DNA of 64,000 nucleotides from NCBI GenBank assembly GCA_027491915.1, contig JAOZGC010000001.1:131839-195838 (forward strand), read 5' to 3'. Positions 45,571 through 53,948 of the stretch are shown here, piece after piece. How positions within the stretch are numbered: position 1 is the first letter of the stretch; each line of letters opens with the position of its first letter. This DNA comes from Thermoproteota archaeon (lineage in GTDB: Archaea; Korarchaeota; Korarchaeia; Korarchaeales; Korarchaeaceae). Both the position numbers and the translations under genes were made by a program. The notes below the pieces were generated by a model. It was not told where the DNA came from and searched no databases. It was given only the letters and a program-made list of their open reading frames with translations.

Positions 45571-46545
45571 CTAAGCCAAGACCCACATGGGGGAGCGCGC
45601 CCCCGAGGTCCTCTCCAGGAGCCCCTTCCCCCTCAGGCTCTTGAGAGCGCTGTAGATCGTCCTCGGTGGGAGCCCCGTCCTCCTCTTCAGCTCGGAGGTG
45701 CTCATGGGGCCGAACTCCTTGATCACAAAAAGCACGAACCTCTCGGAGGGCGACAGGTCGCCGGGCTCCCGCTTGCTCTTTATCAGGAAGGTGTCCCCCC
45801 TCACCCCGACCCTGATGCTCTCCAGGGACAGGACGTCCCCCCACCCGATGTTCCCCAGGTTCACGTCCGGCCCCAACCTCCTGATCAGCTCTATCTGCTG
45901 CCCGGTCCTGGGGGCCTCGAATATGATCTTGGAGTGATCGAACGTGGATGCGATGGCCGAGAGCCTGTGGGACAGTATGTTGCCGCTCTCGTCGAATATG
46001 CAGGATGCCCGCCCGAACTCCCTCCCCTCTATTACGACCTTCCAGACGGATCCCCCGCGGAAGGCTGCGTCTATTTCCGCCGTTACCTCCCTCAGGGACA
46101 GCCTCCTGGTTGGATCCTTCTTGCCCACCTCGAATGTCACCTTGAATCCCTGCTCCCTGGCGTGGTCGGCCAGCTCGAGGCGCTCCTCGAGCGGCACGTC
46201 TATTATGCCGGAACTCACCTCGGCCACGTTGAATCCCACCTCCCAGGCTCTCTCCAAGAACTCCCTGGCCCTCCCCCTGACGTAGCTGAGCTCGAACAGG
46301 GTTCCCCCGAACCCCACGTCCAGGTCGAACTGGTGATACAGCGATATCCTCTCCCTCAGCACCTCCTCATCGACCAGCAGCGGGAGGCCCCACCCGAGCT
46401 TCACGTAGTCGACGTAGGGCGATCTCTCCTCCAAGCCCAGGCAGCCGGTCGGGCCGTCTAACTTGTCTAAAACCATCGTGATCCCGATCTCCCTCGGCTT
46501 CCCCGGTCTCCTGTTCAGCAGCCCCTCCCAGAGCCGCCCCGGCAT
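45571..46545 (-). CDS. comA: Phosphosulfolactate synthase (ComA) family protein fused to a C-terminal winged HTH
   Basis: KPR..GITMVLDK, DYVKLGWG, GGTLFE, EVSSG, EVGKK, IEGRE, IIFEAP, GPDVNLGNI, LE..R.G.RGDT; then LSPSERFVL...LPPRTIYSALKSLRGKGLL; ATG 46545 preferred. Confidence 0.88.
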   Translation of the reverse strand: MPGRLWEGLLNRRPGKPREIGITMVLDKLDGPTGCLGLEERSPYVDYVKLGWGLPLLVDEEVLRERISLYHQFDLDVGFGGTLFELSYVRGRAREFLERAWEVGFNVAEVSSGIIDVPLEERLELADHAREQGFKVTFEVGKKDPTRRLSLREVTAEIDAAFRGGSVWKVVIEGREFGRASCIFDESGNILSHRLSAIASTFDHSKIIFEAPRTGQQIELIRRLGPDVNLGNIGWGDVLSLESIRVGVRGDTFLIKSKREPGDLSPSERFVLFVIKEFGPMSTSELKRRTGLPPRTIYSALKSLRGKGLLERTSGARSPMWVLA

Positions 46546-46759
46546 CCCGACAGTCTCGGTGGGATCTCTATTAAAATAGCTCTCATCACGCGTCAATTTA
46601 TTTTACCTTCGGGTGAGGAGACGCCGGGCGGCGCCGTCCGGGGGCAACCCATCCCCTGTGGGAGGCGGCGCCGATCCGACCGGGGGGCCTCACCTCACGC
46701 CGAAGACGCCCGGCGATCCCGTGATCGGACCGTCAGGAAAACCCGGGGGACTGGCCCGC

Positions 46760-47540
46760 GATATTCGACCCGATCCAGCTCAGGGGGAGGGATCCCCCGT
46801 GACGGGCTCCGCCTCCGGAATGTGGAGGGCCAGCCCTCAGGTCGCCGAGGCCGGGTCGGATCTACGTCCTGGCGGACGTGAACCGGGCCCCCCCGAAGTG
46901 GCGCGGGAGGTCGCGGAGTTCGGCGTGGGGATCGAAAGAGAGGGTGGGTGGCGGACCTGTCCAAGAGACGGGAGACGGGCAAACTCTGGTTTTCCCTCTC
47001 CGCCGGGAGCCTGACATCCTGGTGAACGACGCCGACGTCTATACGATCAGGGGCTCCCTGGGCGTGAACAAGGAATACCTCGGGGGGACCATGGAGTGAA
47101 CCCGACGTCCGCGTTCTGAATGCGCCGAAGGATGATAGCCGCCGGGAGAGGCGCCGGAGGGGTCTTAGTAAACGTTGGCTCCATAGGGGCGATCCCCTCC
47201 CTCGGGGAGGACTCGTCCCACTGTACGCTGGGCGGAGCCGGGGTGATATCCCCTGACCGAGCCCCCGCCAGGGAGTGGGGGGAAATCCAGGATCAGGATC
47301 AGGATCAGCTCCATACCCGGTGGACGGTCACTCCCCGTAGACCAGGTAGGCGGCCGAGAGGATCGTCTCGGGCTCCCTTCTTGGCCAGGGGGTGCAAGAG
47401 AGGGGAAGGAGATGGTCCCGAATGGGGAGGATGGGTCACTCGGGCGAGGTGGCGAGGACCGCGCTGTTGCTGGTCAGCTACGTCAACGGCGCCCCCTGGC
47501 GGTGGACTGGGAGTTCCCCGTCTACCTGAGCTGGCCGGAG
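46760..47540 (+). pseudogene. Degraded short-chain dehydrogenase/reductase (SDR) pseudogene
   Basis: Collinear SDR fragments in changing frames: VTGSASGM.RA, VADLS, PDILVNDA, GVLVNVGSI, AGVI..RA.AREWG, IPGG, MGRMG..EVA..AL, SYVNG...VD; in-frame TGA and frameshifts. Confidence 0.8.
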
Positions 47541-47547
47541 AATGGCC

Positions 47548-47757
47548 TCAGTCCCTCCCCTCAACCAGGAACGCCACCTTCACGTCCGCCCTGTACTCGC
47601 TTATCTCTCCCCCCTCCACCTTGGCCGTCATCCCGACGATCTCGACCCCCACTATGTTCCTGACGGTCTTGCCCGCCTCCTTGACGGCGTTCCTGGCGGC
47701 GTCCTCCCACCCGACCTTGGAGGTCCCCACGAGCTCTATCACCTTGACTATCGGCAT
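47548..47757 (-). CDS. Dodecin (flavin-binding protein)
   Basis: KVIELVGTS..GWEDAA.NAV..A.KTVRN...YR..KVAF; ATG at 47757. Confidence 0.92.
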   Translation of the reverse strand: MPIVKVIELVGTSKVGWEDAARNAVKEAGKTVRNIVGVEIVGMTAKVEGGEISEYRADVKVAFLVEGRD

Positions 47758-47840
47758 ATCCCGGGGGCGCCCGACTTCAAGATAACCCTTTGGGCGTCGG
47801 CGGCAGGGTAGGGCCACGCGGACCGGCCGCCCCGCCGTCG

Positions 47841-49319
47841 TCACGATAGGTACCTCCTCTCCAGGTACTCCAGGAACCTCTCCGGGTTCAGGTCTTCCCC
47901 CAGCGCCCGCCTGATCAACTCCCTCGGGGGATACACCGCGCCCCACCTGTGTATCCTCTCCCGCAGGAAGCCCATTATCCGGTCGAACCTCCTCCCGGCG
48001 ACCATGCCCTCGACGTCCCCGATGGCCGCCGCCACCTGGGCCGCGAGCATCCTCCCCACGGCGTAGGTGGGGAAGTAGCCCACGTACCCCTGGGACCAGT
48101 GCACGTCCTGGAGCACCCCCTCACTGTCGCTGGGCGGCCTGATCCCCACCAGCCTCTCCATCTCGTCGTCCCACACCTGCGGCAGCTCGGGCACGGATAT
48201 CCCCCCCTCCATGATCCCCTTCTCGATCTCGTACCTGAGGTACACGTGGAGGACGTACTGGACCTCGTCGGCCTCCACCCTTATCGGCTCCGGCCTCACC
48301 ATGGTTAGGTAGGAGCGGGCCTCGTCGAGGCCGTATCTCCTCAGGAAGGGGAGGGCCATTGCCATGGCGTCCCAGAACACCTCCACGAAGGGGGCGCTCC
48401 TACCCACGACGGACTCCCAGAATATCGACTGGGACTCGTGAACCCCGTCCGACACTCCCTCTCCCACGGGGGTGTACCTGTACGCCTCGTCCACGTTGAG
48501 CTCGTAGGTCGCGTGGCCGAACTCGTGCACGGCCGCCAGGAGGGACCTCCTGAAGTCCCTCCCGTGGTACCAGGTGGTTATCCTTACGTCGTCCAATCCC
48601 AACCCGACGGTGAACGGGTGGGCGGACACGTCCATCCTGGCCCTGTCCCAGGGGAACCCCATGGAGGAGAGCACGTGCTCGTTGAGCATCCTCATCCTTC
48701 CCTCTTCGTACTCCTCCCGCTCCAGCGGGTGCTCGTCCGGGGTCCTCTCCCTGGCCCTCCTGAAAAGGTTCGACAGCCGCCCCACCACGGAGAACATCTC
48801 CTCGCAGTCCCTGACCGTCAGCCCCTCCTCGTGCCTGTCCAGGAGGGCGTCGTAGGGGTGAGCCTCGTACCCCAGGAGCTCGGCCTTCCTCCTCTGTATG
48901 TCGAACACCCTCTCCAGGTGGGGGGCGAAGGAGCGGAAGTCCCCCCTCTCCTTGGCCCTCACCCAGACCCTGAAGGCCTCGGTCGTCACCCTAGCCTCCT
49001 CCTGAAGGAGCTCGGGCGGAATCTTCCTGTAATACTCAATCTCCCTCTTCAGAACCCTGATGACGCCCGCCTCGAAGTCGTTGATCGGTCTCGCCGAATC
49101 CACGAGGCCTGTGAACTCCGGATGCGTCATCAATCCCTGAAGCATCTTCCTTATGGCTGCCCGGGCCTCCCCCCTCTCGGCAAATCCCCCTCGGGGTATG
49201 TAGGTCTCCATGTCCCACCCCATGAGGGCCAGGGCATGTTGGAGGGACCAGATATCCCTGTACCTCCGCAGGATCTCCCTAACCTCTCGGCTCTCTGCCG
49301 GGGTCCTCTCCCCAGACAT
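47841..49319 (-). CDS. Carboxypeptidase, M32 (Taq/Pfu CP) family
   Basis: HPF, DVRITT, HEFGH, HESQS, IRVEADE, GVLQDVHW, GYFPTY. Confidence 0.96.
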   Translation of the reverse strand: MSGERTPAESREVREILRRYRDIWSLQHALALMGWDMETYIPRGGFAERGEARAAIRKMLQGLMTHPEFTGLVDSARPINDFEAGVIRVLKREIEYYRKIPPELLQEEARVTTEAFRVWVRAKERGDFRSFAPHLERVFDIQRRKAELLGYEAHPYDALLDRHEEGLTVRDCEEMFSVVGRLSNLFRRARERTPDEHPLEREEYEEGRMRMLNEHVLSSMGFPWDRARMDVSAHPFTVGLGLDDVRITTWYHGRDFRRSLLAAVHEFGHATYELNVDEAYRYTPVGEGVSDGVHESQSIFWESVVGRSAPFVEVFWDAMAMALPFLRRYGLDEARSYLTMVRPEPIRVEADEVQYVLHVYLRYEIEKGIMEGGISVPELPQVWDDEMERLVGIRPPSDSEGVLQDVHWSQGYVGYFPTYAVGRMLAAQVAAAIGDVEGMVAGRRFDRIMGFLRERIHRWGAVYPPRELIRRALGEDLNPERFLEYLERRYLS

Positions 49320-49469
49320 CCCTCGGGGGGACGGGATTCAGGCTATAGGCTTTTCCGTTCAGCCGGACCCCCTGCCCGGGGGTTCGGCGTCTCCCCCCCC
49401 AGCCGGCGGCGCCACCTTCAAAACAACGCTTAAATCGTTTCACCCAATTCTCCGATCTCTCGATCTCCC

Positions 49470-52400
49470 GTGGGTAAGGGGGGCTTCCCGCTGGCGGCGA
49501 TCCTGGCGATACTCCCGCTTATCCCTGCCGCGCTTCCGGCGCGGGCGGGCGGAGGGGTTGACCTGTCAGGGAGGGTTGTGGGCCCGGGTCCCCGGGTCGC
49601 GCCGCCCGAGGGATTCTCCCTCCTGCTCTCCGCCGAGGTGGCGCCCGCCGCGCGCGAGTACGACCCGCCCGCCCTTGCGCCCGACCTGCCCTCGGGCCTG
49701 ACGGATCCCGACGATGGGAGGGAATCGGTCTCGGCGACGGTCCCTCCGGGGACCGTCTGCCTGACTCCAAGGGGGTGGCGGGAGGCCCCCCACCCGAGGC
49801 TGGCGGCCTACGACGGGGGGACGTGCGACGCCGGTCCCCCGGGAGACGGGGCAGTAACCCTGGTCTTGGCCGCCCCGGGCCGGCCGGCCGGGCCGTCGGG
49901 CGGGGATCCCACCTACGTCGTCAACAATACCGCCGACTCCGGTCCGGGCAGCCTCAGGTGGGCCCTGTCCGAGGCGGCGTCCGACGGGCTCCCCTCCAGG
50001 ATAACCTTCGACCTCCCCGAGACCGACCCCGGGTACAACGGGACCCACTGGGTGATACACCTCTCCTCACCCCTGACCGTGTCCGGAGAAGCGACCGACC
50101 TGGACGGGACCACGCAGGCCGGTTACTCCGGATCCCCGGTGGTGGTGATAGACGGCTCGTCCCTCTCCTGGGACGCGGTCACGGTGGCCGGGGACAACTG
50201 CACCATATCGGGGATCGCCGTCGTGGGACCACCTCCGTCGGGAGGATTCAACTACGCCTGTCTCTGGGTGAACTCAGGCGTCGAGAACCTGACCGTGAGA
50301 TCCTCGGTCTTCAGGGGACCCTCGCCGCCGACCGGCTCGGGGGCCAGCAGATCCTACAGCTGCTACTACGGGATCTTCCTGGACGATCACTCGGAGGGCG
50401 CCCTAATCGAGGGATCCACCTTCCGGTGGGTCGACAGGGGCATCATGGCCAGGAGGTACTATCACGGGGAGAGGGCCCCGGTCATCAGGGCCTGCGACTT
50501 CGAGGACGTCGCCTACGGGGTGAAGCTCTACGGGGTCGCCCGGGGATCGTCGGTGGTCCTGGTTGAGGGCTCCACCTTCAACCGCTCTTACTACTACGGA
50601 GTTTACTCCTACGTGGCCGCCGTCCGGATCGAGAACTGCATCTTTGAGGCCTCTCCCGTCTACTGGATGCCCGACTGGTGGACGTGGACCAGCGCCGTGG
50701 GACTCGTCGGCACCACCAGCGCCGTCGGGTGGTACGACGTCGTCAGGCCCGAGATCAGGAGATCCACCTTCATCCAGGGATCCGCCGAACCGCCGCCCTT
50801 CGACGGCGGAACCGCCCTCTGCGGGTACTTCTCGGACCCCCTCGTGACGGACGTGGTCGTCAGGCAGGAGAAGCCCGTCCAGGCCGTGATGATCCGTGGG
50901 GGGACTGGATACGATCCCTCCATCCCCTCCCTCTCCAGGTGGACCCTGAGGAACGTCACCCTGATTGGCTTCGGCCCTGGAGGGCAGAGCCACGTGGGCG
51001 TGCTCGCCTCGGGAGGGGGATACGGCATGTCCGGGGTGGAGGTCATATCCTCCGAGATCGAGAACTTCACCGTCGGCGTCAGGCTGTGGAATCCTGGGGG
51101 GCCCTCCAGCAGGGTGGACTACGCCTGGATCGGCTGCACCAGGATCTCCGGATGCTCGGACGCCGCCCTCTCCGTAGAAGACGACTCCAGGAACGTGACG
51201 GTCAACAGGTCCAGGTTCGAGTCCAGCGGGGTGGGGGTCAGGGTATCCCCATCGGCCTCGGACGTCCTGATATACGACGACGTCTTCGACTGCGTCGAGA
51301 ATTCCGAGGATCCCGCGGTCGACTGCGTCGAGAATTCCGAGGATCCCGCGGGGGCGGCCTCCTGGTACGTTTCCCCGAGGCCCGGGCCCAACGTGGTCGG
51401 CGGGCCCTGGATAGCAGGAAGCTGGTGGAGCGACTACCTGGGATCCGACCTGGACGGGGATTGGCTCGGGGATACGGACTTGCCCCACAGGGGGGACGTG
51501 CACCCCCTCCTGATCCCGCCGGACCCGGCCAAGGCGGACCTGGAGGAGGTCGAGCTGACGTACGCAGATCCCGGAGGACCCCCCGTCTCCCCCGGGGACG
51601 AGCTGGTCTTCTCCGTCCTGGTGGTCAACTCCGGCTCCCTGGACGCCCTGGCCAACCTGACCCTGAGGCTGCCCCCGGGCCTGACGGGGCCAACCTTCGT
51701 CTCCCCGCCTCCGGGGGCCGTCAACTCCTCTGGCCCTGGATTGGTGTCCGTCCTCGGCATATCCGTGCCGGCCGGATCCTCGGCCGCCGTGACGTTCGGG
51801 GCCCAGGTGTCCGCCCCGTCAGGATCCTCGGTTCCGGTCCAGGGTTGGGTGACCTACTCCGAGGTGGGGTGCGGCTGCTGCGCTGGGGCGGAGCCCACAG
51901 ACGATCCGACCACCCCGGCGCCGGACGACCCCACGGTCGTGGAGGTCGCGGGCGCAGCCTCGCTGAGGATCGAGGTCTCGGGCATCCCGCCGTCGGCGTC
52001 CGTGGAGGTCTACGTGAACGGCTCCCCGGCCGGAACGGTCTCCCCCGGATCTCCCCTGGATCTCTCGCTGGATCCCGGGTGGGTGGAGGTGGACGTGGGG
52101 TCCCTGTCCGTCGGCCCGGGTACGAGGCTGGAGGCCAGGTGGTGCTCGGTCAACGGGACCCGGACGGCGAGGCCTGCGTCCCTCCGCCTCGAGAGATCTG
52201 CGCTGATCTCTTTCAACTTCTCCGCCAAGCACAGGGTTGAGGCCGTCTCAAGGTTCGGCTCAGTCCGGGGTGCCGGATGGTACTGGGCCGGCTCCCGGGC
52301 GTCGGTCTGCGTCTCCCCCACGGAGTTCGAGGGACCCACGGTCAGGGCCCACTTCCGCGGGTGGTCCGGGTTCCCGGTCGGCTCCAGGTGCGCCTCCTTC

Positions 52401-53930
52401 AGGGTGGTCTCCCCCACGAGGCTGACGGCCCTCTGGCGAGTGGATTATCTGGTGGAGGTGGACTCCCCGTTCGGCCGCGCCTCGGGGGCCGGCTGGTACC
52501 CGGAGGGTTCGGTCGCCGAGATCAGGGTCCCCGGATCGGTGCCCCTGGGTCCGGGTTCCAGGGCCGTCTTCTCCCGGTGGGCCGGCGACGCGGAGGGGTC
52601 GTCTCCGACCTTGAGGCTCGTGGTGGACTCTCCCAAGAGGATCTCGGCGATCTGGTCCCTGGAGCACCTGGTCGTGGTCTCCTCCGACCCGCCGGGCGGG
52701 CTAAACCTGAGCGAGTGGGTCCCGGCCGGTGAGACCTTCTCCTTCGAGGCCCCAGCTATCATGAACGTGTCCGGTTCGCCCTGCGCATTTTCCGGGTGGT
52801 CCGGCTCGGTCTCCTCCCAGGAGAGGAGGATCAGCCTGGTGGTCGACGGCCCCAAGAGGCTGGTGGCCTCCTGTTCCCGGTGGGCGTCCGTGGAGGTCAG
52901 GACCTCCCCGGCGCTCCCCATCGATCTGGGGATCGGTAGGGTGGAGGTTGGCTCCGAGGTGTGCGTCGAGGCGCCCGAGTTCTTCCAGAACGAGAGCGGG
53001 GTCAGGTGGAGATTCTCCGGCTGGGAGGGGTTCCCGGGGGAGGGGAGGGAGATCTGCCTCACCGCCCTCGGGAGGAGCACCCTGACCGCCACGTACTCCA
53101 GGGAGTACCTGGTCCGGGTCGAGGCCCCCGGGGAGCTGGGGCCGTTCGGCTCCGGGTGGTACCCCGAGGGGGCGGAGGCGGAGGTCGGCGTCTCCGCCAC
53201 GACCGCCGGAGGGGAAGGCGGAGCTCGGATCAGGCTGCTCGGGTGGGAGACGCCCTCCGGGAGCCGCCCCCCGGTCCGGAAGATCCGGATCAGGGTGGTT
53301 GGACCGACCTCGGTCAGGGCCGTGGCGGCCCGGGAGGTGAGGGTTAGCATAGAGCCGCGCCTCCCGGAGGAACTGCCGCCCCCGTCCGGCCTCCTCATGC
53401 TGGCCCGGAAGAGGGTCGAGGTCAGGTTGGAGGAGCCCGTGGACCTCTACGTTCCCCTGAACTCGACGATCGAGATATACGCCCGACCGATCGAGCCGCT
53501 GGGTCTCTTCTCGGCCAGGGTGCTCCTCGGGGTCGAGGTATCCCGGGGCTCGTGGTCCACCCCGAGTCCGGGCGCGGTCAGGTTGGTGGTCGGAGGTCCG
53601 ACCTCGGTGAGGCTGGAGTTCTCCCAGCTCTTCTCCTACCTGCCCGCGGCCGCCGCGGCGTCGGCCGCGACGGCCCTCATCCTGGGCAGGAGGAAGGGGA
53701 GGGCGGAGGCCGCGTCCCAAACGCTGATCGCGGCCCTCTCCCTCGGGGTGATCCCCCTGCTCCTGAGGACGGCGTGGATCGGCCCGGCGGTCGCGATCGC
53801 CTCGACCACTTGGTGCTTCCTCGCCCCCTGGGTCGCCCTCTCCCTTGCCCTGTCGGCGGCCTCCGCCGCCGTCCCCAGGTCGGCCAGGGCGCGCGGCTCC
53901 CCCGGCCGACCTTTATTTACTCGCGAGTAA
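49470..53930 (+). CDS. Giant cell-surface protein: CSLREA-like/right-handed beta-helix (NosD-like), DUF11-like, tandem GxGWY beta repeats, C-terminal TMs
   Basis: Signal peptide, VNNTADSGPGSLRWAL, beta-helix repeats, GSWWSDY.G.D.DGD..GD, PGDEL.F.V.V.NSG...DDPT, repeated G.GWY..G...F.GW.G units. Confidence 0.85.
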   Translation: MGKGGFPLAAILAILPLIPAALPARAGGGVDLSGRVVGPGPRVAPPEGFSLLLSAEVAPAAREYDPPALAPDLPSGLTDPDDGRESVSATVPPGTVCLTPRGWREAPHPRLAAYDGGTCDAGPPGDGAVTLVLAAPGRPAGPSGGDPTYVVNNTADSGPGSLRWALSEAASDGLPSRITFDLPETDPGYNGTHWVIHLSSPLTVSGEATDLDGTTQAGYSGSPVVVIDGSSLSWDAVTVAGDNCTISGIAVVGPPPSGGFNYACLWVNSGVENLTVRSSVFRGPSPPTGSGASRSYSCYYGIFLDDHSEGALIEGSTFRWVDRGIMARRYYHGERAPVIRACDFEDVAYGVKLYGVARGSSVVLVEGSTFNRSYYYGVYSYVAAVRIENCIFEASPVYWMPDWWTWTSAVGLVGTTSAVGWYDVVRPEIRRSTFIQGSAEPPPFDGGTALCGYFSDPLVTDVVVRQEKPVQAVMIRGGTGYDPSIPSLSRWTLRNVTLIGFGPGGQSHVGVLASGGGYGMSGVEVISSEIENFTVGVRLWNPGGPSSRVDYAWIGCTRISGCSDAALSVEDDSRNVTVNRSRFESSGVGVRVSPSASDVLIYDDVFDCVENSEDPAVDCVENSEDPAGAASWYVSPRPGPNVVGGPWIAGSWWSDYLGSDLDGDWLGDTDLPHRGDVHPLLIPPDPAKADLEEVELTYADPGGPPVSPGDELVFSVLVVNSGSLDALANLTLRLPPGLTGPTFVSPPPGAVNSSGPGLVSVLGISVPAGSSAAVTFGAQVSAPSGSSVPVQGWVTYSEVGCGCCAGAEPTDDPTTPAPDDPTVVEVAGAASLRIEVSGIPPSASVEVYVNGSPAGTVSPGSPLDLSLDPGWVEVDVGSLSVGPGTRLEARWCSVNGTRTARPASLRLERSALISFNFSAKHRVEAVSRFGSVRGAGWYWAGSRASVCVSPTEFEGPTVRAHFRGWSGFPVGSRCASFRVVSPTRLTALWRVDYLVEVDSPFGRASGAGWYPEGSVAEIRVPGSVPLGPGSRAVFSRWAGDAEGSSPTLRLVVDSPKRISAIWSLEHLVVVSSDPPGGLNLSEWVPAGETFSFEAPAIMNVSGSPCAFSGWSGSVSSQERRISLVVDGPKRLVASCSRWASVEVRTSPALPIDLGIGRVEVGSEVCVEAPEFFQNESGVRWRFSGWEGFPGEGREICLTALGRSTLTATYSREYLVRVEAPGELGPFGSGWYPEGAEAEVGVSATTAGGEGGARIRLLGWETPSGSRPPVRKIRIRVVGPTSVRAVAAREVRVSIEPRLPEELPPPSGLLMLARKRVEVRLEEPVDLYVPLNSTIEIYARPIEPLGLFSARVLLGVEVSRGSWSTPSPGAVRLVVGGPTSVRLEFSQLFSYLPAAAAASAATALILGRRKGRAEAASQTLIAALSLGVIPLLLRTAWIGPAVAIASTTWCFLAPWVALSLALSAASAAVPRSARARGSPGRPLFTRE
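51286..51351 (+). repeat. Exact 33-bp tandem duplication (TCGACTGCGTCGAGAATTCCGAGGATCCCGCGG x2)
   Basis: Units at 51286-51318 and 51319-51351; in frame, giving DCVENSEDPA twice. Confidence 0.95.
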
Positions 53931-53946
53931 ATTACTCGAGGGTAAA
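53915..53946. promoter_or_regulatory. Tandem palindromic operator before the ATPase gene
   Basis: Perfect 18-bp ATTTACTCGCGAGTAAAT (53915-53932) followed by the related TTACTCGAGGGTAAA (53932-53946), ending 2 nt before the ATG. Confidence 0.75.
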
Positions 53947-53948
53947 CA

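Noticed and set aside
45571-46545. comA as evidence of methanogenesis
   Set aside because: ComA homologs occur in non-methanogens and no other CoM or mcr genes are in the window
51286-51351. 33-bp repeat as a mini-CRISPR
   Set aside because: The copies are directly adjacent with no spacer and lie in frame within a CDS
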